Source: Candidatus Bathyarchaeota archaeon
GTDB lineage: Archaea; Thermoproteota; Bathyarchaeia; Bathyarchaeales; Bathycorpusculaceae
Reading direction: 5' to 3'
DNA length: 64,000 nt
Assembly (NCBI GenBank): GCA_963780185.1
Contig: CAWABA010000007.1
Coordinates: forward strand, 160,001-224,000
Shown piece after piece: positions 1 to 9,587 of this stretch. The translations under genes and the position numbers were made by a program. The notes below the pieces were generated by a model. It was not told where the DNA came from and did not search any database. It saw nothing but the letters and a program-made list of their open reading frames with translations. Position 1 is the first letter of the stretch; the number at the start of each line of letters is the position of its first letter.

Positions 1-773
1 TTGTAGTCGGGGTGGAACCGCAGAAGATGAAACGGCGTGTCCGCGCCTAAATAATCTTTAATCCAGGTTGCCATTTGAAAAATTCTGGTCATGGAGTCCC
101 CGATTTTCGGCACGACCAGATTGGTGATTTCGATGTGGACGCCGCCGAGTTTGAGTTCTTTTAGGGTTTCGTAGATGTGCTCCACGTTTGGCACTGCCAT
201 AACGGATTTGTAGAAGTCTGGGTCGCCGCCGCCTTTGAAATCCACCGTTGCTGCATCCAGATACGGCGAGATGGTTCGTACAGCTTCGGGGGTCATGTAG
301 CCGTTGGTTACAAACGTGTTGAATAAGCCTGCTTGGTGCGCTAGCTTTGCGGTGTCGTAGGCGTACTCCATAAAGATGGTTGGCTCCGTGTACGTGTAGC
401 TTATGCCTTGGCACTGGCTATCCAACGCCGATTTGACGACTTCTTCAGGCGGGAACGGTTTGCCCGCGACTTCCCTGTCTTGGCTTATCATCCAGTTGTC
501 GCAGAATTGGCAGCGAAAATTGCAGCCCGCCGCAGCAACCGACATGACCAGCGCTCCTGGGTTGAAATGCGAAAGCGGTTTTTTGCTGATGGGGTCAACG
601 CCCGCCGACACTGCCTTGGCGTAGTTGAGCGTGTAGAGGACGCCGCCTTGGTTTCTCCTCACCAGACAGAACCCAGTTGAATCTTCACTTATTACGCAGC
701 GTCTGGCGCACAGGCAACATTTTACTTTGCTTTCTTCCTGCTTCTCATAAAGCATAGCTTCATGAAGCGACAT
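1..773 (-). CDS. amrS: AmmeMemoRadiSam system radical SAM enzyme (PFL-activase-like), runs off the window edge
   Basis: Not in the ORF track. Manual translation from ATG at 773: MSLHEAMLYEKQEESKVKCCLCARRCVISEDSTGFCLVR...DPISKKPLSHF...AAAGCNFRCQFCDNW (CxxxCxxC)...SYTYTEPTIF...TNGY. Confidence 0.9.
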   Translation of the reverse strand, partial: MSLHEAMLYEKQEESKVKCCLCARRCVISEDSTGFCLVRRNQGGVLYTLNYAKAVSAGVDPISKKPLSHFNPGALVMSVAAAGCNFRCQFCDNWMISQDREVAGKPFPPEEVVKSALDSQCQGISYTYTEPTIFMEYAYDTAKLAHQAGLFNTFVTNGYMTPEAVRTISPYLDAATVDFKGGGDPDFYKSVMAVPNVEHIYETLKELKLGGVHIEITNLVVPKIGDSMTRIFQMATWIKDYLGADTPFHLLRFHPDY

Positions 774-882
774 ACAACTCACTTATCCTCAAACAATAGA
801 ACTGCGGTTTTGTTTAAAAGCATTAACTACAAGAGGTTGCTACGAAAAAAGGGAGCCCAGCGATTTCTTAATTGCTGAGTGT

Positions 883-1428
883 TTAATAGAAATCGGTTTC
901 GAGATTCTTTTTGAACAATGCTTTTTCCACAATTCTTACATCAAGCTGGTGCTGGGTAGCTATTTTTCTAACTTCCCATAACAGTTTTACATAATTTTTT
1001 GCAGCGAATAAGTTACTAGGCTCCTTGCCGAAAAGCTCTCTCCAAATATGGATGTCGAAAACACAATAGTTTTTTGGATCATAAAAAGTCAAAATAGTGC
1101 TTGCTAAAGCGGGACCTACTCCGTCAAGGTCGCACAGATTCTCAATTTTATAGGAGTCTGAAGTGCGTCCTGATTCAAAGAGCTTACTGGAAACTTTTTT
1201 GAATTTCTCATCGTCATTTTTCTCAATAAGCCCGAGGACTCTTATTCTCCTGCCTTTTAGTTCTTTAAACTTCCATTCGACTACTTGGATAAGATCTTCC
1301 TTGGTTAGTTTCCTTGTTCTCCGCAGTTTATCGCCTAATTCTTTTTCTTTCTGAGTCCACCAAGGATGTTCAGTATCATATCTCTTGTTCCATTGAAGCA
1401 ATTCTTCCTTGTTCAACTTTCTCCCCAC
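883..1428 (-). CDS. Helix-hairpin-helix DNA glycosylase-like protein
   Basis: HhH motif LCDLDGVGPALASTILTFYDP followed by conserved Asp (VFDIH); 'WK' motif in the N-half; AT-rich. Confidence 0.6.
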   Translation of the reverse strand: MGRKLNKEELLQWNKRYDTEHPWWTQKEKELGDKLRRTRKLTKEDLIQVVEWKFKELKGRRIRVLGLIEKNDDEKFKKVSSKLFESGRTSDSYKIENLCDLDGVGPALASTILTFYDPKNYCVFDIHIWRELFGKEPSNLFAAKNYVKLLWEVRKIATQHQLDVRIVEKALFKKNLETDFY

Positions 1429-1434
1429 TCAAGT

Positions 1435-2142
1435 TTAAATGTCTTCAAATTCAAATCTCGCCAAGTATTTTTTGAGTTTTAGCCGCGGTATCTCGGTCAC
1501 CGCATATTTTAGTCGCTCATCAAAATCATCGGCAACAATAATCCCGCGCACCTCACGCTCATTAGCCAAGTTCTTCCGTATATAGCTCATATAGCCGAGA
1601 ATTTGTCCGATTACGTGATCTATTGCTTTTCCAACTTTTAATTCAATAACCACAAAAGACCCGGTTTTGTCCACAGCAAGCAAATCTATTCGTCCAACAT
1701 CCGTAGAATATTGTCGTCCGTTTTTTCCATCACCCGAATAAATTTTGAGTCCTTCTTCTATTTGCTCCAGATTTCTTGAAATGTACTCTTCGAGGTCTTT
1801 TTCAAGACCGAAAGTTACTTGATCTGAATCCTCGCCATCGTTTTCCTCTTCATCCTGTGGCCCATCACCAACCAAATGTCCTTTGACATATTTGCCGTGT
1901 TTCGCGCTATCGTACAGTTCGTATCTTCTTTGGCCATGGTCAAAAAGAAATTTTGGCATTGACGCGTGTTGAGTGTAGGCTGGTGGATTGTTTACACTGC
2001 AACCGTATAAGTGAGCATTTAGCGCGCTTTCCTTCCACTTATCAGGGTACCTCTGATTTATAATTTGGATAACTTCCCTCGCGGACATTGTTCTATTAAA
2101 TTCAGAAAATATCTCTTTCAGAGCTTCACTAATGGTAGTCAT
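1435..2142 (-). CDS. N-terminal winged-helix domain fused to NucS/DUF91-like PD-(D/E)XK endonuclease
   Basis: LEKDLEEYI...GRQY...GRIDLLAVD...VIELK...GQILGYM...RGIIVA; wHTH-like N-terminal ~80 aa and acidic linker. Confidence 0.8.
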   Translation of the reverse strand: MTTISEALKEIFSEFNRTMSAREVIQIINQRYPDKWKESALNAHLYGCSVNNPPAYTQHASMPKFLFDHGQRRYELYDSAKHGKYVKGHLVGDGPQDEEENDGEDSDQVTFGLEKDLEEYISRNLEQIEEGLKIYSGDGKNGRQYSTDVGRIDLLAVDKTGSFVVIELKVGKAIDHVIGQILGYMSYIRKNLANEREVRGIIVADDFDERLKYAVTEIPRLKLKKYLARFEFEDI

Positions 2143-2530
2143 TTTCGCACCCAGTGTTGCTAACTTGGAGTTCAGAGTTTTTACCCCTTTCCAAGCAAAA
2201 TATATTTTTTCGATAGATGACGCGCATCTCTTTTTTTACATCGTCAATTACATACGGGTGCAAACTGCTAAATATTCCAAGGTCAACTTTGCGTTTGAAT
2301 ATCCTGCTTAGTTCATGTTCTATATGGATCAGGTCTAAGAGGCTTTTTTCTTTGCACGGGTCGAATTCAATGGCGATATCAAGGTCGCTTCCTCGGTGTT
2401 GCTCGCCTCGGACATAAGACCCGAACACTGCCAAAAATACAATGTCGTTTCCTTTGCAAATCTCCGATAGCTTCCCCTCCAACCCCTTCCTTTTTAGTGC
2501 TTCAGGCAGCTTTTGAACTTGAATTTCCAT
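2129..2530 (-). CDS. Minimal nucleotidyltransferase (MNT, MntA-like antitoxin), no adjacent HEPN partner
   Basis: FGSYVRGEQHRGSDLDIAIEF...KVDL motif. Confidence 0.85.
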   Translation of the reverse strand: MEIQVQKLPEALKRKGLEGKLSEICKGNDIVFLAVFGSYVRGEQHRGSDLDIAIEFDPCKEKSLLDLIHIEHELSRIFKRKVDLGIFSSLHPYVIDDVKKEMRVIYRKNIFCLERGKNSELQVSNTGCENDYH

Positions 2531-2651
2531 AACTCTCTATTACGAATTGTATAGACTTAAGTCTTTTCTGAATTTTTCAGCTGTCTATTCGTTGCTTAGA
2601 AAAAGCATTTTAGGGTTGCTGGCAAATTATCCTTTGTCGGTTGTGCCAAAG

Positions 2652-2880
2652 ATGGGCAAATATACAACTATCTCGGTTCCCGTGGAAGTTAAAGAGCAAT
2701 TAAAAATCTTAAAGGGAAATAAAACATGGAGCTGTTTTCTTCTTGAGTCAGCTTCTGAGTGGCACAAGCTTAGGGGCAAGACAGCTTTTCAGGAGTCTGC
2801 GAAGGCTTCTCTCCGACGAGGACCTTGAAGCGATGCGTGAATCAAGCAAGGAATTTGGGGAGAATTTTGCTCTCCGATAA
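2652..2880 (+). pseudogene. VapB-like/RHH antitoxin, frameshifted, no toxin downstream
   Basis: MGKYTTISVPVEVKEQLKILKGNKTWS.FL; a shifted frame continues LRRLLSDEDLEAMRESSKEFGENFALR*. Confidence 0.6.
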
Positions 2881-2889
2881 AATCCGATT

Positions 2890-3225
2890 TTACATCAGTT
2901 TGTTGTAGAAGCAGCTGTGTTGTCCTGTGTGGCATGCGGGTCCCGTTTGCTCTACCATGTAGAGGAGTGCGTCGTAGTCGCAGTCGGTTGAGACGGAGAT
3001 GATTTTTTGGGTGTGTCCTGAGGTTTCGCCTTTGATCCAAAGTTCGTTTCGGCTGCGGCTCCAATATGTGGCTTTGCCTGTTTTTAGCGTGTGCTCGACG
3101 GCTTGGCGGTTGGCGTATGCTTGCATTAGGATGTCTTTGGTTTTGGCGTCTTGCACCACGACGGGGATGAGTCCGTTGCCTTTCTTGAAATCCAACTTGT
3201 CAATCAAGTCTTGATTTGTTGTCAT
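2890..3225 (-). CDS. hisI: Phosphoribosyl-AMP cyclohydrolase
   Basis: [36 protein letters not shown]; no HisE domain. Confidence 0.95.
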   Translation of the reverse strand: MTTNQDLIDKLDFKKGNGLIPVVVQDAKTKDILMQAYANRQAVEHTLKTGKATYWSRSRNELWIKGETSGHTQKIISVSTDCDYDALLYMVEQTGPACHTGQHSCFYNKLM

Positions 3226-4025
3226 TGTCGAATAGTCACCCCCATCTTACGCAAGTAATCCTTCACAACAGGCACAGGGTACTCGTTATAGTGAAAAATC
3301 GAAGCTGCCAAGGCAGCGTCAGCCTTGCCTTCGGTGAAGACTTCGAACAAGTGCTGTGGTGTTCCGGCGCCGCCGCTTGCGATAATTGGAACGTTGACGC
3401 GTTCTGAGATGGCTCGGGTTAACTCGATGTCGTAGCCGTCTTTTGTGCCGTCCCGATCCATCGAAGTCACCAAGAACTCGCCTGCTCCAAGACGCTCAGC
3501 CTGCAACGCCCACGCCAAAGCGTCGATTCCCGTGGGTTTCCTGCCCCCGTAAGTCACCACTTCAAACCAGACTTTGCCTTCGGCTGTGTCAACAAAGGTT
3601 TTGCCGTCGCTCGGCGCGCGGTTTCTTTTGGCGTCGATGGCGGTGACTACGCATTGCCTGCCGAAAACATCGGCTAATTCAGTAATTAACTTGGGGTTTT
3701 CGACTGCTGCGGTGTTGACTGAGACTTTGTCGGCGCCGCTGCAGAGCACGAGTCTGGCGTCTGCGACGTTGCGGATTCCGCCGCCTACAGTGAAGGGGAT
3801 GCTGATTGCTTTCGCCACGCCTTCGACGACTCCGCGCAGGATGTCGCGTTTCTCGGAGGATGCGGTTATGTCTAGGAAAACCAGTTCGTCTGCGCCGTCG
3901 TCAGAGTAGCGTTTAGCCATCTCCACTGGGTCGCCTGCCCGCTTCGGGTTGACGAAGTTTATGCATTTCACTACTTTTCCGTGGTCAACATCAAGGCATG
4001 GAACGATACGTTTGGCAAGCGGCAT
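3222..4025 (-). CDS. hisF: Imidazole glycerol phosphate synthase cyclase subunit
   Basis: [41 protein letters not shown]. Confidence 0.97.
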   Translation of the reverse strand: MPLAKRIVPCLDVDHGKVVKCINFVNPKRAGDPVEMAKRYSDDGADELVFLDITASSEKRDILRGVVEGVAKAISIPFTVGGGIRNVADARLVLCSGADKVSVNTAAVENPKLITELADVFGRQCVVTAIDAKRNRAPSDGKTFVDTAEGKVWFEVVTYGGRKPTGIDALAWALQAERLGAGEFLVTSMDRDGTKDGYDIELTRAISERVNVPIIASGGAGTPQHLFEVFTEGKADAALAASIFHYNEYPVPVVKDYLRKMGVTIRQ

Positions 4026-4028
4026 CTT

Positions 4029-4763
4029 TTAGGCTCCTATTTTTTGTGTGGCTTCTTTTAAGGTGAATCTGCCTTCATAAAGGGCTTTCCCGATGACTGC
4101 GCCCTCTACCCCGATGTCTTTGAGAGCGGCTAAATCGCCTATGCTGCCGATTCCGCCTGCCGCAATGATTTTGGCGTTGGGGTACAGGGTGGCTTGGCTA
4201 AGAGTTTGCAGGTCTGGACCGCTCATCATGCCGTCTTGGGCAATAGACGTTATCAGAAAGTGACGAACGCCCATAGCAGTGTATTTTTCAAGCGCTTCAT
4301 CCACGGTCATGGTAGTTGCGGTTTTCCACCCCTCAACCATGATAAGCCCCTCCTTATTGTCTAAAGCAACGATAACTGAGTCGAAGCCAAATTTTCTTTG
4401 GATTTTGCTGACAGCTGAAGGGTCACTAAATGCTAAGGCGCCGAGGATAACTTGGGTTATGCCAGTTTGGAAAAGTTTCTCCGCTGCTTCGTAGCTGCGT
4501 ATTCCGCCGCCGACTTGAATCGGCAATTTCACATTTTTCGCAACTTCAGCGATGACTTCGTGGTTGTCGCCCAAGGAAAATGCTGCATCCAAATCGATAA
4601 TGTGCAGTTTGCCGGCGCCTTCATCCCGCCAACGCTTCGCGGCTTCAACAGGTGTACCGAATTCGGTATCGTAGAATTTGGCGGTTTTCGCTTCGCCCCT
4701 TGTGAGCCGAACTATTTTGCTATTCATTAAATCTAATGCTGGAATCAACTGCAAATTGTTCAC
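4029..4763 (-). CDS. hisA: ProFAR isomerase
   Basis: LIPALDL, LHIIDLDAA, QVGGGIRS, GKALYEG. Confidence 0.95.
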   Translation of the reverse strand: MNNLQLIPALDLMNSKIVRLTRGEAKTAKFYDTEFGTPVEAAKRWRDEGAGKLHIIDLDAAFSLGDNHEVIAEVAKNVKLPIQVGGGIRSYEAAEKLFQTGITQVILGALAFSDPSAVSKIQRKFGFDSVIVALDNKEGLIMVEGWKTATTMTVDEALEKYTAMGVRHFLITSIAQDGMMSGPDLQTLSQATLYPNAKIIAAGGIGSIGDLAALKDIGVEGAVIGKALYEGRFTLKEATQKIGA

Positions 4764-5365
4764 CTGACCACTGTTTTGGCGAAGTTTTTGAGGATTTGCA
4801 AGCCGAGGTCGCCTGATTTTTCTGGGTGAAACTGGGTGCCGTAGATGTTTTTGCTGGCGACTGCTGAAGTAAAGGTAGTGCCATACTCGGTTTGCGTTAT
4901 CACTATCGACTTGTCGGTTGGCACTGGGTAGAGTGAGTGTACAAAATAGACGTATGAGCCTTCGGCTACGCCGTCGAAAAGCTCGTTTTGCCTGATGATG
5001 TTGAGGGTGTTCCAGCCCATGTGCGGCACCTTAACTGTGTTAAGCAACTGCACCGTTTTGCCTTTGAAAAGCGCCAAGCCTTTACCGGGTCCTTCTGCGC
5101 TGCTCTCAAAGAAAAGCTGCAGACCAAGGCAGATGCCGATCAGCGGCGTTCCATCTTCAACTTTGCTTCTGAGGGTTTCTTTGACTTCGTTGAGTTTCTT
5201 TGCTGCAGGTGTAAAGGCTCCGACTCCGGGCAAAGCGATGGCGTCTGCTTTGGCTAAATCTTTCGCAGAGGTGCCAATGGCTGTTTCTAACCCTGCTTTT
5301 TCCAGCGCGGTCTTCAGGCTGAGCAGGTTGCCGACGCCGTAGTCGAAAATTACTGCTTTCGCCAC
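4760..5365 (-). CDS. hisH: Imidazole glycerol phosphate synthase glutaminase subunit
   Basis: DYGVGNL, LPGVGAF, GICLGLQ, PHMGWN, QFHPEKS. Confidence 0.97.
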   Translation of the reverse strand: MAKAVIFDYGVGNLLSLKTALEKAGLETAIGTSAKDLAKADAIALPGVGAFTPAAKKLNEVKETLRSKVEDGTPLIGICLGLQLFFESSAEGPGKGLALFKGKTVQLLNTVKVPHMGWNTLNIIRQNELFDGVAEGSYVYFVHSLYPVPTDKSIVITQTEYGTTFTSAVASKNIYGTQFHPEKSGDLGLQILKNFAKTVVR

Positions 5366-5367
5366 GG

Positions 5368-5943
5368 CTACATGGCTCCTTTTGAGCTTGGGACGCCTTT
5401 GCGTCTCGGGTCCAAAGCGACCGCTTGGCGCAGGGATAGGGCGAGGGCTTTGACTGCTGCTTCTGCTTTGTGGTGGTCGTTGCTGCCGTATTCGACGTAG
5501 ACGTGGACGTTTGACCCAAGGGAGGTCGCGAATGATTCGAAGAAGTGGACTATGTCTTCTGTTGGCATGTTCTCCACTTTTTTGCCTCTTAGTTTTAGGT
5601 CAATCTTGAAGTAGGGTCGCTTGACGAGGTCTACGGCTGCAAACGCCAAAGAGCAATCCATCGGTGCCGCCGCGTTGCCGAATCGCACGATGCCTTCCCG
5701 CGTGCCCAAGGCCTTGTTGAGCGCTTCGCCGAGTCCTATGGCTAGGTCTTCGACGCAGTGGTGCACCAAATCGCCCTTAACGGATGCGTTTATGTCGATT
5801 AGGCTGTGGGTGGCAAGAGAGGTCAACATGTGGTCGAGGAACGGCACGCCCGTGGCAACTGAGGCTTTTCCTTCCCCGTCAAGATTCAACCTCACATGAA
5901 CCTCTGTTTCTTTGGTTTTACGTACAACTTCTTCTGTCCTCAT
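5368..5943 (-). CDS. hisB: Imidazoleglycerol-phosphate dehydratase
   Basis: RKTKET, FLDHML, HHCVED, NDHHKAEA, PSSKG. Confidence 0.97.
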   Translation of the reverse strand: MRTEEVVRKTKETEVHVRLNLDGEGKASVATGVPFLDHMLTSLATHSLIDINASVKGDLVHHCVEDLAIGLGEALNKALGTREGIVRFGNAAAPMDCSLAFAAVDLVKRPYFKIDLKLRGKKVENMPTEDIVHFFESFATSLGSNVHVYVEYGSNDHHKAEAAVKALALSLRQAVALDPRRKGVPSSKGAM

Positions 5944-7064
5944 AGTGTGTCACCTTGAATCTTCTTAAGTGCCGAAACCAACTTTGCGTTCATCTCAGGC
6001 AAACCCACCGTGACACGGAAGCAGTTCTCGTACTGCAGGATTTTGCCCCATTTCTTAAGCATAATCCCCCGCTTGAGCAGTTCATTGTTAACTTCGTCGG
6101 CGGGTTTCCGCGTGTTAACCAGCAGGAAGTTTGCTTGTGAATCGAATGCTTGCACGCCCTCGATGTCGTTTAGTTCCTTTATCAGTTTCTCCCGTTCGCG
6201 TTTCATTTCCCTGACAGAATCCATCATCATGCCAACATTGTCCAGCATTTTAGACCCCATCCTCAACGTGAAAGCACTCACTGGATAAGGCAACGGAGCC
6301 TTTTCCGTCAAAACTTTTGCCAATTCGGGATTTGCCACAGCGTAGCCAAGCCTCAAAGCAGCTAAACCGAAGGCTTTGGAGAAGGTTCTGAGGATAATCA
6401 TGTTCTGGAACTCGCGTATCCGAGGCACAAGAGAATAATCGGCGAATTCGCCATACGCCTCATCTAAAATGACGATTCCTGGGAATGCCTTGACTAAAGT
6501 TTCAACGTCTGCCAAATTGAATTGGGTTGAAGTCGGATTATTAGGCGAGCAAATGTAGAGCAGTCTGGTTTTGTCGGAGAATTTGGATAGCATCCCTTCA
6601 ACGTCAAGCTGCAGATTGCTCAGGAGCGGAACCGAGATGTATTCGCCTTGTTGCCGTTTAACGCAGAGCCTCGGAATACTGAATGTCGGCGCAAAAGAAA
6701 CTGCACTTTCCCCTTTCTCCACAAAAAGCCTAATTATTCGGTCGATTAACTCGTCGCTTGCGTTACCCACTACAAGCTGGTCTTTTGGAGCCCCGATATA
6801 CGTGGCAAGTTTTTCCCGCAGTTTGGCTTCTTCGTCTTCAGGGTACAGTCGCAAATCTATCTCGTCAGCTAATTCCTTAACAAGTTTGGCTTGCTTTATT
6901 CTGGGGATGAATAGGTTTTCGTTGAAGTTTAGCTTGATTATTTGTCTTGTGGAGACACCTATCTGCTTCGCCACCATTTCGGGTGACGCTCCAGCTGTGT
7001 AGCAGTCTATTGCTTGAAGCTTCGCTATTTTGTCTGTTAGCCATTTTCGGTATGATGTACTCAT
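5940..7064 (-). CDS. hisC: Histidinol-phosphate aminotransferase
   Basis: KLNFNEN, CSPNNPT, DEAYGEF, RTFSKAFGLAALRLGY. Confidence 0.95.
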   Translation of the reverse strand: MSTSYRKWLTDKIAKLQAIDCYTAGASPEMVAKQIGVSTRQIIKLNFNENLFIPRIKQAKLVKELADEIDLRLYPEDEEAKLREKLATYIGAPKDQLVVGNASDELIDRIIRLFVEKGESAVSFAPTFSIPRLCVKRQQGEYISVPLLSNLQLDVEGMLSKFSDKTRLLYICSPNNPTSTQFNLADVETLVKAFPGIVILDEAYGEFADYSLVPRIREFQNMIILRTFSKAFGLAALRLGYAVANPELAKVLTEKAPLPYPVSAFTLRMGSKMLDNVGMMMDSVREMKREREKLIKELNDIEGVQAFDSQANFLLVNTRKPADEVNNELLKRGIMLKKWGKILQYENCFRVTVGLPEMNAKLVSALKKIQGDTL

Positions 7065-8362
7065 TTTTCAAACCTTGCCTCTATTGCTTTGTAGTGATTT
7101 GGAAGATTTTCCGCTTCAGCCATAACCTTGATGCTGTCTCTTACCCGCTCCAAACCCGTTCTTGAACTCTCAACTAAGCTTACCCGACGCATAAAGTCGA
7201 AAACGGACAAGCCTGAAAATGCCTGAGCGAAGCCTCCTGTGGGAAGCACATGGTTGGTTCCGCTGCCGTAATCGCTTAGGGCAACAGGGCTATATGGACC
7301 CAGCAGTATTAAGCCCGCGGTCAGTCTATCTGCGATTTCTTTGGGTTGAGCGGTCATGATTTCCAAGTGTTCAGGAGCAAACTGATTAACTAAACCAATA
7401 GCCTCGTCCATGCTCTTGCAGATGATTATGAAGCCGTACTTGGCTAGTGCCTCTGACACTTTTTCGCTCCTTTCTGCTGAAGCCGTAAGCATTGCCAGAT
7501 TCTCTTGAACCTGCAACGCAACCTTTTCGGAAGTTGTTATGAGTCCAGCCACGCTGTCTCCGCCATGCTCTGCCTGCGAAACCATGTCAAAGGCGATGAA
7601 ACGCGCGTTAGCCGCCTCATCAGCCAAAACAAGCACTTCGCTTGGTCCAGCAGGCATATCAATCGCCACATCGGGTGAAACCTGAACCTTCGCAGCCGTC
7701 ACGTACTTGCTGCCTGGACCCACAATTTTCTGCACTGGCGTTATGGTTTTTGTTCCATAGGCTAAAGCCGCTATCGCTTGGGCTCCGCCAACCTTGTAAA
7801 CCTCGTCGACTCCGCAGATATCGGCGGCGACAAGAACAAGCGGGTTGACTCTGCCTTTTGTGTCTGATGGTGAACAAACTACAATCCTTGGGACACCTGC
7901 CACTTTTGCTGGAACCGCCGTCATGATAAGTGTGCTTGGGTAAGCGGCTTGCCCTCCAGGAACGTAGCAGCCGACGCTTTCGATTGGACGCAGAACAGTC
8001 CGAACCCAAAGGCCATCTGCCGAAGAGTTGATTTCAGTTTGGGTAAGCAACTGCTTTTGGAAAGCGGTTACCCTTTCTTTCATGAATTTTAAAGCAGAGA
8101 GTTGTTCAAGGCTGGTTCTGTTGTAGGCGTCCTTGGTTTCCTCTGATTTGACTTTGAGGGTTCGCAGAGATAAGTCGGCTTTGTCAAATTTTTGGGCAAA
8201 CTCCACCAACGCAACATTGCCGTTTTCCTTAACTTGCTTTATGATATCTTTGACGCTGGCTTCGAGTTCTTGAACTACCTTTTCGTCGGCTTTCTGCCGT
8301 TTAAACCAGTCTGCAGGCAACTCTTCCGATTTATAGACTTTCAATTGGCTTTGCTTCTGCAC
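7061..8362 (-). CDS. hisD: Histidinol dehydrogenase
   Basis: YVPGG, GGAQAIAALAYGT, IDMPAGPSE, SQAEH, GTNHVLPT. Confidence 0.97.
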   Translation of the reverse strand: MQKQSQLKVYKSEELPADWFKRQKADEKVVQELEASVKDIIKQVKENGNVALVEFAQKFDKADLSLRTLKVKSEETKDAYNRTSLEQLSALKFMKERVTAFQKQLLTQTEINSSADGLWVRTVLRPIESVGCYVPGGQAAYPSTLIMTAVPAKVAGVPRIVVCSPSDTKGRVNPLVLVAADICGVDEVYKVGGAQAIAALAYGTKTITPVQKIVGPGSKYVTAAKVQVSPDVAIDMPAGPSEVLVLADEAANARFIAFDMVSQAEHGGDSVAGLITTSEKVALQVQENLAMLTASAERSEKVSEALAKYGFIIICKSMDEAIGLVNQFAPEHLEIMTAQPKEIADRLTAGLILLGPYSPVALSDYGSGTNHVLPTGGFAQAFSGLSVFDFMRRVSLVESSRTGLERVRDSIKVMAEAENLPNHYKAIEARFEK

Positions 8363-9348
8363 GATTTCTCCTCTCTTTTGCTGATTTCATCTAAAGCCAG
8401 CACCTGCCTCGGCTCGTACACCACTAAGCCTTGGGCTAGTTTGCGGATTTTTGGCAACAGCTCGATTAGGCAGTCTTTCTCGATGACTGTGTTGACGCTG
8501 ACCCATGTGTCATCCGCCAGCGGCGAGATGGTGGGGTTCTTTAATGCTGGCAACTCCGTTAGCAGTTTCTGCAGGTTAGACTTTTTGACGTTAACGAATA
8601 TGTGAATTCTTTTCGACCCATCCACGACGCCTTTGAGCAACGCCAATATATCGTGGATTTTTTCCCGTTTCTCAGGGTCCTCCATCGCCTTCTTGTTAGC
8701 GATAAGAATTGCCGCAGACCGCATGACGGTGTCTATGATTTTCAGGTTGTTTGCTTCGATAGTTGTGCCTGTTTCCGTTACATCCATTATGGCGTCGGAG
8801 TTTTCCGGCGGTTTCGCCTCGGTTGCGCCGAAGGAAAGGAAGATTTTGGCTTTCGGGTTGTCGCCTTTTTTCCACCAAGGCGTAACAAGCATGGGGTCGG
8901 CGTCGCCGAAACGCTTCTTGTATTGAGGGGTGCTCTTCAGATAGTCGGAAGCTATGTTGAGGTACTCTGTGCTTATTCGGAAGTTTTTGCCTTGGCTCCA
9001 GATGGATTCCATGAACTCGCCGATCGAGGTGTTTTCACAACTTTTTGGAACAGCTACTACAAGCCTGATTTTTCCGTATTCCAAGTTCTGTAGGACTTCG
9101 ACGTCGGCGCGGTTTTCCTTAACCCAATCTTCACCTGTGATGCCAAGATCCTGTAATCCTTCGCTGACAAACACGGGGATTTCTTGGGGTCTGAGAACCT
9201 TAAGTTCGATTTGTGGGTCGTTTATGCTGGGGCGGTATGTTCGTTCTGTTCCGCCGATTTTAAAGCCTGATTTAGAGAAGAATTCCGCTGTCGCTTTTTC
9301 CAGGGAGCCTTTTGGTATAGCAAATTTTAGTTTATCCATAATTTTCAC
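8341..9348 (-). CDS. hisG: ATP phosphoribosyltransferase (long form)
   Basis: AIPKGSL, LRPQEIP, DLGITGEDW, GATEAKP, DVTETGTT, C-terminal regulatory domain LPALKNPTISPL. Confidence 0.95.
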   Translation of the reverse strand: MKIMDKLKFAIPKGSLEKATAEFFSKSGFKIGGTERTYRPSINDPQIELKVLRPQEIPVFVSEGLQDLGITGEDWVKENRADVEVLQNLEYGKIRLVVAVPKSCENTSIGEFMESIWSQGKNFRISTEYLNIASDYLKSTPQYKKRFGDADPMLVTPWWKKGDNPKAKIFLSFGATEAKPPENSDAIMDVTETGTTIEANNLKIIDTVMRSAAILIANKKAMEDPEKREKIHDILALLKGVVDGSKRIHIFVNVKKSNLQKLLTELPALKNPTISPLADDTWVSVNTVIEKDCLIELLPKIRKLAQGLVVYEPRQVLALDEISKREEKSCRSKAN

Positions 9349-9587
9349 CTAAATTTTTATAGAAACCTCTAAGGGTTTTTTGTTTTGCAAGAACGGTACC
9401 TGAAAGGAATGCGCCTAATGTCAAATAACTATTCGATTCTAAAGTTAGGCATTTTGGATTGCTTCTAATGAACGCAATCGCCTTGTATGAACGCAATCCC
9501 TCATCATATACCACTGAAAGACACCTGAACAACTGTCTTCCTAATAAATCGTACCCTAATATTTAACTTGTCAAAAAGGCAAAAGCG

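Noticed and set aside
58-680. ORFs 58-414(-), 403-624(+) and 408-680(+)
   Set aside because: Alternative-frame or antisense shadows of the amrS gene (1-773, minus)
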